64,000 nt of DNA from Fimbriosthenelais zetlandica (taxonomy: Eukaryota), in NCBI GenBank assembly GCA_977030845.1, contig OZ365112.1, positions 20,336,001 to 20,400,000 on the forward strand, read 5' to 3'. Of this stretch, positions 29,139 through 41,420 are shown one piece after another (within the stretch, counting starts at the first letter, position 1; each line of letters starts with the position of its first letter). Position numbers and translations under genes: made by a program. The notes under the pieces are model-generated. The model did no database searches. It had not been told where the DNA came from and saw only the letters and a program-made list of their open reading frames with translations.

Positions 29139-30976
29139 CCCAACCAACCCCCCACCCCACCCAAAAAAGAAGCAATACATCAGATTGCCTTACGCCCGCC
29201 AAGCGTGCCGAGGTAACGTGATGCGGCCAGGCGCCGCTGGCCGAGGCCAGGTAGAGAGATACCTCTACACTTTGTTCTCTTTTGTCTGTGTGCATCCGCC
29301 AACAAAATGATCAGTCCAGTCCACAATACTCAAAGAATGATTGCCTGAAATCTTACCCCGGATGACCAGTGGAGGGGGTGTCTTCTCTGGTAGGCATAGG
29401 CCTATTCTTATTCTCTAAAATAAAAATGACCGGTGCATGGACCGCGGGGAGGGAGGGGGTCATTCTCTTTAACTATAGGCTTACACTGTATAGGGGTTGG
29501 GGTCCACTAATGCAATTTCCGCCATGAACTTATTATCTGTTGGCATATATATCGCTGACGAAAAGTAGAAAGGTCACCGTTGCAACTTTATTATTAGGTT
29601 AAACGTATGGTTAAGTCATGGAAAACCTAGCCTACGTTAAAAATGAATTTTTTCAAGGTGGGGCCTAGCAGCTCCTACCAGAACATCTGGCCAAACATTT
29701 CTCCTGCTTTTCATTTAAAATCTGTCGTCGACTCCAGTTTCCTGTAGGCCTACGTCACATTAAAGTGTTTCCCCTATACTGTTAGAATCAATCCTTTCCA
29801 AGTGGCGGTCACTCCTTTTATGACCTGTTACAATCCCCCGCCAAACATGACGGCAGACAATGCCCCTCCCCATGATAGCTCCATAAGTTTACATAAGTTC
29901 ACTCCTTTCCCTCACTCGGGAGTCCTCGGGCTGGCTAGGCTTCTCCTCTGATGCCCTGCGGCCACGCGTTCAAGGTGTGACGTGCGTTTTCAACTGACGT
30001 AACACACAGTAGACAACCCACTGGGAGGTTTGGCGCCAAAAACCAAACTCCCACCTTAAATTAAGGACAGAGAGTTATTTTCAACGGATCTATCCTCTCA
30101 GGGGGAAAACACCTCTGTTTTGTAGGGAGAGTAAGGGGGTCTAGGTGGTGGGATGTGGAGGGAGCGGGGTGATAATTCTTTTCCTGACCTCTCCAGGGAA
30201 ATGAGATGAGCTTTAGATGTTTTGTGTGAGGAGGGCAATTGGATGATCATTACCAGGAATAAACCCCTACTGGCTCTTTATTTAGCCGTCGGCGGACCTT
30301 GATCTCCCCTAGAGTGAGAAGAAATTACACTGGTTTCATTAGGCCTAGGTTGTCTACTTAATGGGAATTTAATTTCTCATAATTTCATTGAATTTTTGTG
30401 CAAGTTGGCCCGGGGCGAGGCCTATGTTTTTGTTGGTAGCTAACTTTTAGGCCTATGATATAATTTGGTGCATAATTATGACAAGATAAATCCAATTTTT
30501 TCATGAATCTAGGCTTTTTATGAGGTATTATATCCATCCTCACCACACATGTTATATTCTTTACGACCAATATTATTCTTGCACCGAGAATCTGGGCTGT
30601 GGCCGAGAAGTCAAAGGTGAGTCGGGTATTTTGAGAGTGTGTTTAGGACGGCTATAGGAGAGCCAGGTTAAGAGGTAACGATGCGAGCCTTTCTCTCACA
30701 ATAGTTGAGGTAATAGCGGGCCAGATCAAAGAGCAGCCTCAACTCAAGGTGATTTCACGCTCTTACGTTCCATAATGATGACCCATTGGTGTCAATTTGA
30801 GTTCCTATTCGGAGAAATCCCATCTCGAAAGAGCGGAAAACACGTAAGTTACTGACCCGTGAACCTGCATTCCAACCCACACAATAGCGACTATAGATAT
30901 GAGAGATGGAAGGTCTTAGGCCTATATATAAATAAAGGCCGCCACTATCAGCAAATTGAATTTCGTTTGGCCCAAG

Positions 30977-31018
30977 AAAAAACATTTGAGACTCCCTGGA
31001 ATTGAACCAGGTCGCTAC
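30977..31018 (-). other. tRNA 3'-half-like sequence (T-arm/B-box, acceptor strand, T6), probably a SINE or tRNA relic
   Basis: The minus strand reads CCTGG-TTCAATT-CCAGG-GAGTCTC-A-AATG-TTTTTT. No A-box or 5' half is present upstream, so it is not a functional tRNA. Confidence 0.35.
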
Positions 31019-31559
31019 CTGTAAAAGAAACGATTTTTTTCCCGGAATGGGCCTTCATTCAAAGAGGAATCAAATTGTAAATTAAAGAATGGACCCTGGC
31101 TCAATAGCCTATTGGAATTTTAAAATTCATCCCCAAATAATAACTAACGGAGAAAAATTGCAATTTCTTTGGCTTTTATTTTTTTATGTAGGCCTAGGGG
31201 GGCCTACGTTTATGATAAGTGCATGAGAAACTCAAGTAGATGCCCTCAGAATACATGTAGATGAAAATGTACAGGGGAGGAGCAACATGACATATATAAT
31301 GTCACATTATGTAATGTTATAACCAATCACTCTCGTGTCATTCAAGTGAATGGTTTGGGCAAGGCTTGCTCCGGGTCTACGGGTCTCGGGAGGCTTTCAA
31401 GAGAGACTTGTGTAGGGCTATCACCCCCCTATCCCTGCTCACCTCACTCTCACTACACCCAAAGATACTAATATATTAGTATCTTTGCTACACCCCTGCT
31501 AGACTAACTATCCTAACTAACCCTCCCAGATAGATAGATTATAAATGTGCTCAGATGTA

Positions 31560-31815
31560 AGCCTGGTGTATGCCAGTATGGCACAAATTGTGGGTCACAT
31601 TTTGGTTTGTGCGAGCTAGGTGTCATAGTCTGGCAGCCAGCTGATGTGGGGTTTCTGAGATCGGAATCCACAGGCTCAATTTCTGACTTATAAGTTATAG
31701 ATCATAGATGAAAGCTTGTCAGAATGCTTTAAGAAATGCCCACATAGCCTACACACGGTTCTAAAGGCTTGCAGATAGCCTGCATAGCTGTCCCCACTCA
31801 AAGCGGGATTAAGAC
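31560..31815. repeat. Decayed tandem segmental copy of the orphan gene region
   Basis: 31562-31677 repeats 32221-32385 (e.g. atggcacaaattgtgggtcacattttggtttgtgcgag and tttctgagatcggaatccacaggc) with a net 54-nt internal deletion and small insertions. 31779-31810 repeats 32589-32630 (cctgcat..agctgtccccact..caaagcggga). Confidence 0.9.
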
Positions 31816-31827
31816 TGAACCCTCCCT

Positions 31828-32490
31828 CTATGTGAATTGTCCGCGACGAATTTTCTCCTGTGAAAGAAATAGAAAATAGCCCTATGTTATGGTTATGTTC
31901 TCTGTCCATATTATAACGGCGACTTTCACTGCATTATTAATATTATCCACATATTTCTGTTTGGATTGGAGGAGTTTTATTTTGTAAATTTTCATGTGGA
32001 TTATTGATAATCCACATTATATAAGTGATAAAAAATAAATTAGAAAGCGGGAGGGGACACTTACGCGGTAGGTTTTGTACCAATCTTTGGCGTCCTCAAT
32101 ATTGGCAGCATTGACCACGTTAGGTCGATCTTTGAGTGCATCTTTCACCTGGGGGTAAAAGTCTTCTTTCAGCCATTTACGTTTTTCATCAGTGTCTGCC
32201 CATTCCTTCTGACTTCTAACCCTGGTATATGGCACAAATTGTGGGTCACATTTTGGTTTGTGCGAGGTGTCATAATCTGGCACCCAGCTGATGTGGGAGG
32301 CAGTATTGTTGCTCTCACTCATCGTAATCTGTTCGGTCGTCAGTGTGATGGATTTCTGAGATCGGAATCCACAGGCCTGAAGCAATGTTAGGATGTTCAG
32401 TGGCCTTCTGGGTCCTGAACTGGCCGTTCTGCTTCTGAAGCTTGAATCCCACGCGATGTTTCTCACGGATTCTGGATCGCTGAGGGGCAT
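31828..32490 (-). CDS. Unrecognised small spliced gene or recent pseudogene, divergent from CATSPER3
   Basis: ORF from ATG 32490 runs to a consensus donor (CGC|GTAAGT after 32065). It joins in phase 0 across a 207-nt intron to acceptor ttctttcacag|31857-31828 (EKIRRGQFT-stop), giving 151 aa. The 3' half (KEWADTDEKRKWLKEDFYPQVKDALKD...KDWYKTYR) is charged and protein-like. The 5' half reads better in another frame, suggesting a 1-nt frameshift near 32317. No family recognised. Confidence 0.45.
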
Positions 32491-32759
32491 CCTTCTCTTC
32501 AGCAGTCACGAAATAGTACTTCTACTATTCCTGTTCCTGGAATAGGGATGGATACTCTATCTAATATGATTTATCTATGTTTAGATTAGCCTGCATATAG
32601 CTGTCCCCACTTAATATCTCAAAGCGGGAATGGGACCCGAGGCGAATATTTTGTCTTTGTTTAGATCTGCTCTGATAATAGGCCTATACCATTTTATATT
32701 GGTAGATCTAGATCTATATCATTTTCTTTTCAAATGAAGGGTCCATTTCTTATCTTAGT

Positions 32760-32965
32760 ACTTACATGTAAATCAAAATGAAGTGAAATCGGCTTGCGAT
32801 CCTCTCGTACCTGTTACCAAGTGCGCATGGCAACTCGTTACTACGGACACAACTCCATGGATTTAGTGTTATCCTGGAAACGCGCCGAAAGCGATGTGAT
32901 GCCCATCCACTTCCGGCGATACACTTCCTGCCTCCCGCCACTGGGATACTCCACCAAAACAGGTG
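32760..32965. promoter_or_regulatory. Bidirectional promoter of CATSPER3 and the orphan gene, with RFX X-boxes
   Basis: X-box-like GTGCGCATGGCAAC (32821-32834) and GTTATCCTGGAAAC (32868-32881); ETS CACTTCCGG (32908) and CACTTCCTG (32922). Outward-facing consensus donors on both strands: plus at 32963 (AG|GTGAG) and minus at 32765 (AT|GTAAGT). Confidence 0.6.
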
Positions 32966-33425
32966 AGATAACTATTTTTCATCTTTATATCCCCATATAT
33001 TTGTAAAGTCATAGATCTGTAGACGGTTAAAAATAAGGTATTGACTACTACACAGATTAATATACAGTGAAATTGAAAGGATAGTAGATTTTCGGGGGAA
33101 ATGAATCTACCAAAATCATGTTTCTTTTGGTTCACTCAAGGCCTACAAAGTACAATCGTACAATCTATAGGCCTACTGTCAATAGTCAATACGGTAATCA
33201 GTCACAGTAGGCCTATTATTTGGGTGAATTTCTGGATATTTCTTTCAACCAACAGGATTAGGAACCTTTAGGATATAAACATTCTGAATTATTCTGTCAT
33301 AATTTTTTGGGCCAGTTATAAAACACATATTTTCCTCATTTCAGACCAGTACCACTTCCACTGAGTACCAAGTGCTGCCAGTACCAGTGCCACTACCAGA
33401 TGAGTCTTTGACTCTAGACTGAGAG

Positions 33426-36004
33426 ATGCCTTCCAGTTCGAGGGGTAGGAGATCGGTGGCTCCGGCTGCTAATGACTTCTCCCAACTCGAGCTTGCCTCC
33501 AGGCAGCAGGCCCGCCTCCATGTGCGCATCAATCGTGTTATGCGCACCATCACTGAATCTTCCTTCTTCAACGGTTTCATCATGTTTGTCATCTTTGTGA
33601 ATGCTATAGCATTAGCCATGGAAACAGAGACATCGTTTGCAACCCCAGAATGGCGCACCTGTTTCCTTGTACTGGATTACATGTTTCTCCTGATTTACTC
33701 ATTGGAGTTCATAATGAAGATCATCGCTGAACCTATTGATTATTGGCACAGTGGATATAACCTCTTTGATTTCCTCATCTTGGTGACATCACTAGCTAAC
33801 TCCATACTGTCCTGGAGTAATCTTGGGGAGAATGATGATCTGGAGGCTTTGAGGGTGCTCCGGGCACTCCGTACCCTTAGAACCCTCCGAACAGTTTCCT
33901 TCATCAAGGGACTACAGGTATGTACCAGTATTATTGTTTCATAAACTGAAATGTCATTTTTACTTGAAAGGGATATGAGTGGGGCTATTATTGTAGCCTG
34001 CTAAAAACATTAATTTGATGGCCGCCATGTTAAAAGTATGGCAACAGGAAGTGACGTTTTCTGTGTTGCTGATCAAATCTGACCAATCAGCTCTGATCAG
34101 TACAAAAGTGGAAAAGACGTACATAATACATTATTTATACCTTTCATTCTAAATGGCTAATCTCTCTACTGAGACATTAGTCAGCTGTAATTTGTTTTTT
34201 TTTTTTTAGCAAATTCTGGTTTTTGAAACTTGAAAGTAACTTTATACCTTGTGTTTCATTTCCCTTTACGCTTTAGGTGTTGGTCATTGCTCTGATTGAT
34301 ACAATAAGGAAATGGGTCATCAACATCCTAGGCCTCCTACTCCTGCTTATGTTCCTCTTTGCCATCATGGGATATTATTTCTTTGGTTATCCTGACATGG
34401 GCGACAAGGAGAACTGGGGAAATTTAGGAGCCGCCATGCTTACTCTGTTCAGCTATGTCACGGTAAGGCTTTCTGTGTCACGCATTTCCAGAAAAAAAAA
34501 ACAAATGAAAGAAAATCAAGATGTTTAATTGTTTGTCTAATATAATAATGATAATATATTTTGTTGTGCCATAGGTTGACGGATGGACTGATCTGCAGGA
34601 TTCGCTTGACAGACATAATGTCGGCAGTGCTGCCCGAGTCTACAGCATCATCTTTATCTTCCTGGGACATTTTATTTTCACCAACGTCTTTATTGGCGTC
34701 ATTATCATGAATATATCCGAGGCCACCGAGGCTCACAAGGTAATGCCACCCTACTATAGTCTTTGTCTCAGGTTGATATTTCCTGGTATAGACAATAAGT
34801 ATGATGCAGTATGTGAATAAAATTACAAAATAATGTTATATATCGGGCAATTTCCTGTCATTTTCAGCTAGAACAACGAGCTGAAAAAGAGGGGATTCTC
34901 AGGCACAAGAAGGAATTTATGCTCATGCGACAACACAATGAAGTTAAGCTTTTACTCGAGCGACAGGTGAGTGTACCATGACGATTTTTAACTGTATCTT
35001 TACTATATTGATTTCTTGGGAAACGACTGGTATCACAACCTCCAGAAAATGTTTTTCCTGGCCTAAATATATGATGATTAAAAAACGATTTCTGTTGACA
35101 GAAACGTGGCAAGTACTCTAACTTTAATGAGATGGTTCAGGAGTTCCAGCGCGGACTGCGTCACGAGGATCTGATCCTCCTGTCTGACCTCTGTACTAAC
35201 ATGGTGTGGGTAGAAACGTTCACACACACCCTCGACATAATGGATTCAACTGTCTGCAGGTGAATACTAATGGTTTAATAGTCTCCTTAGTCCCCCCCCC
35301 CCCCAAGAAAAAAAACAAAACAACAAAATAGCTAAAAAAAAACAAAAAAAAACAACAAAATATCTTATACCTTTTGTTATTATTAATAATCAAATTGACA
35401 GCATACAAAGTTTAAGCGATATATTCAATATTGAGACAATAATCATGTTTTTACGCGCACTGCACTGTGAAGTTTGCCGATAGTCTTATATTATTATAAA
35501 AAAAAGTACACCGACAAAAATATATCACATTTCACCCTTTTTACTTGTACCAGCCAGTGCCTTGGTGCCATTTTTGTCTCTGTCGCAACCTCTACATTAA
35601 CTGATAATTTCACTATAGAGGTGTACAAAATAAATTAGGGTTATTTGGTCATTGACTATTTTGATCCGAGCACCTTATACCTGTTATCAGCAATTAAAAT
35701 CCGAGAAAAGTGGATGAGTGCACCTGTCTTTGAAATATAAATATAATGTTTTCTTTTAACATTCTTAAATAACGTTTGGAACAAAAAAAATTGGAGACTT
35801 GAAAAGCTGGTTATGCATGGGTGATGAAAAGATGAGGCCACATTTTGGAAATTTACTAGTCCTAAGTTTTAATTCAGACTAGGTTAAAAGATCCTCTTAG
35901 TTATTTCTCTTTTTGTTTCTAGGCTCCAGCAATATCATTTTGAGATGGCAAATCTCCTAGCCCGCCATATGGACAGAAAGTTGAAAAAGAAGTATGGGCT
36001 GTAA
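33426..36004 (+). CDS. CATSPER3: Cation channel sperm-associated protein 3 (CatSper pore-forming subunit), 6 coding exons, 393 aa
   Basis: Exons 33426-33917, 34277-34462, 34575-34739, 34868-34966, 35102-35259, 35923-36004; 1182 nt; phases consistent. Single 6-TM domain with S4 LRVLRALRTLRTLRTV and pore TLFSYVTVDGWTDLQ (TVDGWTD is the CatSper3-type filter). C-terminal coiled coil followed by FNEMVQEF...HED...TLD...TV.RLQ, resembling vertebrate CatSper3. A 5' UTR exon ends at 32962 (acag|gtgag) and splices to 33345. AATAAA near 36247. Confidence 0.92.
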
Positions 36005-39000
36005 TCAACTCATCCGACAATTACATGCGTGTGTAAATGAAATATTCCTGCAATGTAATTTGTCGCAATTAAAGGCCATTAGAAAGATTGTTGACTTAAA
36101 AGTTTTACAAGATAATTTAATTCTTTTAAGATGTAAAACATTATGAACTAACTTTGATTTTTTTCCTTCAAAAGCCAGACTTATAATAAGACTAATTTCT
36201 TTATACAAAGCTTTTGTTGGGAGAGTCCTTTTAAAATGCCTGACTAAATAAAGACAGCATACTTTCTCTAATTTACTGTTACTGTTGCTTTATATGTAAA
36301 TCTATTGGTCCTACACTACACATATAGGTAGATACTGACGGGGAGGGGTCAAGTGAAGCTGTAGGGGTTAAATGGGGTTAAGGGGGTCAGTTTTCGCTGC
36401 ATAAATCACCCTGTGGTGCCCCCTCCATTGTTCTGCCCCCTCGGTCCGGTATTTACGAGTTCATTATTTTGGCTTTTTGGAAAGGTTTGTGATCACTGGG
36501 ACGTGGTATTCTAATGTCCATATGATACGCCTTGCCTCAGTTTCCAGGTCCATTATTTCCGTGAATTCTTTTTATCTTTTTCCATACATGAAATGTTATT
36601 TGAAAATGTTTAATTTTTGTTTTTGCAAAGGCAAGAGATTAGGCAGTGGAATTTTATTCATACAATCTTTTTCCGCCATGAAAATGATATTCGCATGGTT
36701 AAAACATATAGGCTTGGTATGTGTTGAGGTTTTGACGTAAACTTTCTCTTTGCGGTATATTGTAGGCGATCCTTTGTATATCTAAGCACATGAAAATCTG
36801 CCGGTGTCAGATTTTAATGCTTCCCCAGCTTTCGGGGACCGTTCTACATTTTGTAAATTGCCCTGGAGTGTGACAATGTTTCTTTCAGGGAGCCGAGCTT
36901 GTCAGCGGGTCCTCTCTTTTTGTTGAGCTCTCTTTAGAAAAGAGTCTTTAGCGGGTCGGGGCTCCCTCTGAACCGAGCTCTTCCATTCTAATTCCATTAA
37001 AGTGCTGTCAGCGAACTTGATACAAGAAAAAGCGGCGCCCAGTCAGTGTCTTCAGTTTGAAAAGTAAGCTTGAAGTCTTCGCGCTTTATGGGTCCATACC
37101 ACTCGATTCATTCGACTTGCCAAGGTCCATACCCCTCACCGCATTGATTTTGCAGTCGTCATGCTGTCAGACTACACCATTTCCAATGTGTTTAGCAATG
37201 ACCCTGATAATCTGCAATCCAGTAGATTCGATCTCTGCAAATCAATGACCTTGTCCACAGTTCTAACGACGCCACAATGTAACCGACTGAGATGCAGGGC
37301 AGTCCAGGGGTTCAGTGATATCTAAAAGGACTGGTGCAAGTCTATAGTTGACACCTGAAAGGTTAGAAATGATGGTTGCTTGACTGGCGCTCGGAGGGCG
37401 CAGGTGGAGGTGGTGTAGGGGTCATGAGGTCAGACAAAGAGGGCCCATCAGAGGGCCAAGGTCATAGCCCTATAGCTGGTTTACATACACCGGCTCTGGG
37501 CATCGCCCTTTGGCCCCCCAATCCCTACCACCCACCCCCACTCACCTTATCTAAGAAAAAATAGGGCGGACTGCAATATTCTATATTTTGTAGTAACATG
37601 TCTGCTTCAGAGCACCAGACAAGATTTTGCAAAGTGTTCCGGTCCAATCTATGCCAGGTGATCAAAATATTTGGATAGGCCTATCGATGAATGGCTTGCA
37701 TCCATTAGGCCTATGTATTTCAGGTGTAAGTAGTCCTACGTTGAGGTTCTAGGCCTAATCTCGAAGGTGAACCAATCGACACATTCGACGTTTATAAGGA
37801 TCCTGCGGGTATTCCACCTATGCTATCCTCCTACATAGGCCCAATATATAGACCCTATACATAGGCCTGGCACTGATGAGTGGACCACCCCAACCCCCTT
37901 TCCCCAACCCCACCCGAAAACCCCTACCCACCTATACACAGCTTTGCAACCATAGCGTCCCGCAGAGTGTCAAACATTTCTCACACGGGGCCATGTCATT
38001 GACATTAATCATCATACACAAGCGCTGTAATGAATTGCACCGCAAATTTGTCAAAGCATCAGGGAGAAAAGAGAGCATGTCACTCTCTAGGTCGGTCTTC
38101 ATCATACCTATTTTGTACACCTTCACAGAGTGAAGAGCTTTACAGGGAGTGAATAACCAAGACCCCACATGGATCAGTGGCCTGGGGAGCCCCCTGCCTC
38201 ACACGGGGGATGCCCCTGCCGGCAATCTTAACTGTATCTCCACCAGCACTTTCCACTTTTTCTGTGGTCGCAGGCACACATCCATGGATCCTGCTATCCA
38301 CGAGTCTTTTGTGTGAGCCTTACGCCAAAATATAAAAATCTCACCTTAGAAAATTGGATCTGTCAATGTCGCATCCGGGATTACATTTCAGCCACCCAGA
38401 CCATCCTTTGTGGTTTTCCATGTCACATCAAATAAAGACAGAAATATATGTCAGAAACATCGCCAAAAGAAAAATTACTCCCACCCATTATTTGCAGCTG
38501 TAATGGTTAAAAAATATCGAAATGACATATCAGTAATATATGGATAGAGAAAGATGATGGTTAGGTCCAGGCACGCGTTCGTGGTTGGCAGCACGGGTGG
38601 GAGAATCTATATGGGAGTGTGCCAAGGTGAAAAACTAAAACCACCTGATACGTTTTTATGTACCTAATTTAAAACGTGAATTAAGATTTTTATCAATGAG
38701 AAAGTACGAAAGAGATCCAAACAATGTTGTCAGGTCAATAATCAGTTATTCTTCTCCTTCGCCGATCAATTTCTTTAAAAATTCTTTCATGAGGGTTCCC
38801 CTTTAACGAAAGCCCCAGGTCATGAAAAATTGTAGATGACTCAGGCTCACTTTGTTAACTATATGTCTGCGCTCGTAAACATCCTGTGATTCACATCCCA
38901 CAAAGCAGATTTTTTTCCCCAAAGTATCATATCTCAGTCATATGTACAATGTATTGATTTTCACTTTAGATATCTTCTTCATCTTTGTCCTCTAGTTTAA

Positions 39001-41229
39001 CAGAATGGCTGGTATTTCTAAGTGAAAAAGTTAAGTGGTTGAAGGGATGTAAGGAAATCCAATGGCATATAAACACAGCCCCCTCCACATTTCGTCAATA
39101 AAAACTTTCTTGTGACTGAAGAAATAAAATGATGACTTGTTCACTACAAAGGTAGCCAAAGGGATTCTACATTAGCCGTAGTGACTCATTTCATTCAGTT
39201 AAATTGATTATTAAAAATCTATTGGATTTAGGTCCTATCTACACTAGGGCCCAGATAGATTGCCCTTGTACATAGACCTCTATCGGCTACCATACCAACT
39301 TATATGGGCCTACCCATCTGGCATGTAATGTTATAAATCTTAAAAAAAATAATTGTAGGACGTGATTTTCTCCTAAATAATTTTGTTTTCTTGAAACTTG
39401 TCATGCTCTAGGGTAATGGCGATACCTTTACTGGAACCCTGCCCTCCATCCAATATGAATCATAGTTCCTCTGAAAAATTGCGTATTATTGCCTATTTTC
39501 ATCACTAACAACCGTGGCACAGGGGGCAGGACCTGAGTTTGAAGTTCTTTATAAATCAGCGAGGAGATTACTTGCCTTGCTTATAGAACATAAAATCTGG
39601 TAGTTTGCATGTTTGGGACATCTTTTCTAAGTACCCTCTGGCTGTACCGACTTTTCTCTTTAGTTCCTATTACAGGGCTAAGTTAGTACCTACATAGAAT
39701 GTGCCTTACATTCTTATATCCCCATATGATGATAAAGGCCCCAAGGTCAGATAATTCTGATGACCTTCACCTCTAATGCCGTTAGAGGGCATCTTTTCGT
39801 CCAGTCTGTGGTCTGCCCTTGGCCAGGTATGACCTTTTGAACCAGGGACTATTTGTTGGCAGTGGATTGTCACGTCCTTTAGTACAGAGACTGAGGTGTG
39901 CAGGGGCAAAGGGCATAAGGGAGGGCCTGGTCACATCAGATTCTGAGGAACCACACAGGATGCAGACCTGTAGCCTACGCCTAGGCCTACACTTTAAATC
40001 AAGATAGTAGGCTACTTTATGGTAATTTTGCCAATAATAGCAGTAGGCAGCCAGTCAACTGAAGGTCTCTGTAGCTCCCTCATTTGATAGATTCCTCTAG
40101 GCCTATATATGCTGATGGTTTCTTGAATGTTTCTTGTGAGTTTTCTTCACTTCCTGTCGGCATGAAGAAACTTTACTTTGTTCTCTAGGATTAACATTTC
40201 CCATCATTTGCTTGACGTGAGCGGCCTCTGAGATGTTCTTACAAAACTGACCACCTCCTAACCCCTCCTCTCTTTGATTATTACTGACCACCACTGACCA
40301 GTGACATGTATGTGTTAAGCCTAGCGCCCAAGCTGAGCACTTAAGAGGCCTCTCCTTGACCTCATGGACACTTGAACGCTTCCGGAGCAGCCCGCCAATT
40401 CATCTCGTGGTATTATCGCTCACTGACCTATTGTTCCTCACTACCGGTCATGCTGCTACAGTCTCTCATTTCCATGGCAACTCTTTAGACATACTTGTGC
40501 AAAAGAGAAACTCCTTTTTAAACTATAATATAGGCCTATTATGCTAGCCCAATATTCTGAAACAAGTCTTTAAGGCGTTATATATGCAGTTCATGCTCGA
40601 AGGATTCATTTCTATTGCGATAGTTGGAAGTTGTTCCATTATATACAGCTGCTTACTGAGTACTACTTATACACATGTACATCAACAAAATTGCTAAAGA
40701 TGCAAAATGTTATTCGTAGAAATAATTGAGCCATGATTTGCCCTCATTTATATTGACAAATCATCGAAAAAGTAGGCATAATATATGCATATTATATGTA
40801 GGCCTACAATTATATCTGAGCTTATTAGAAGTATTTTGCCTCAGAATGCATACATGTAGAAATCGATTTTCACATGAGCTGTAATCTGGAGCGCATGCCT
40901 GATAATCGAAGCATATGGGAACCAATGAGGTCCCTGGTCCCTAGTCACGTGGGTAGAGGACCGTGGTCATGCACCATTGGCTTTGGTTGGGCAGCATCAA
41001 TCACCCTTTGTTGTTCCTCCTCTCTGGTCCTCTCTTTCTTACTCCTCCCATCCATCTTTCGTGAAACAATGATCAACACGCGCCTACCGATGACACACAC
41101 GTGCTTCAAACACTGGGGGGTGGACTAACAATCTCCAAAGTCAGCAAACTTACAAGTTATCGTAAATCACGAGCATGCAAATTAGCTAGCCATTGTTTGC
41201 ATGATTTCAAGAGGTGTTGTCCTGACGGT

Positions 41230-41420
41230 GTGCCATCCAGCAGGCACCTGTGTGCTTCTTAGAAACAGTGCCTTGTCAAAATAGGGTTTAATCATTTGGA
41301 CAATCAATGCCCTCAATATTTCCAAAAGGGGAGGGAGAATCTTTATATGCAAATGATGCAGATGAGATAACAAGGACAAACATGGGACGTCCTGGCAACA
41401 AAATGGACCCGATGAGCAGG
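41230..41420 (+). mobile_element. Possible decayed RT remnant
   Basis: IWTINAL followed, after a frameshift, by SLYANDA, resembling iyiNDL...lyADD. Weak. Confidence 0.25.

Noticed and set aside
30755-31018. Alternative second exon of the orphan gene (VATWFNSRESQMFFLGPNEIQF...), whose spacing mimics tyrosine-recombinase box I (R-x-S-E-x-x-x-L-x-x-x-D-I-x-F), suggesting a Crypton
   Set aside because: No catalytic K, HxxR or Y follows in any frame. The WFNSR codons are equally explained by a tRNA B-box, the segment contains non-coding-style ATATATAGGCCTA, and a closer in-phase acceptor exists at 31857. A Phage_integrase HMM search would settle it.
33341-35112. Minus-strand ORFs overlapping CatSper3 (33341-33658, 34458-34736, 34864-35112)
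   Set aside because: Antisense shadows of coding exons, with no independent homology or splice support.
37070-37325. Open frame containing YTISNVFS, resembling an eh1 repressor motif
   Set aside because: No start codon, splice sites or homeobox nearby; a short degenerate motif expected by chance.
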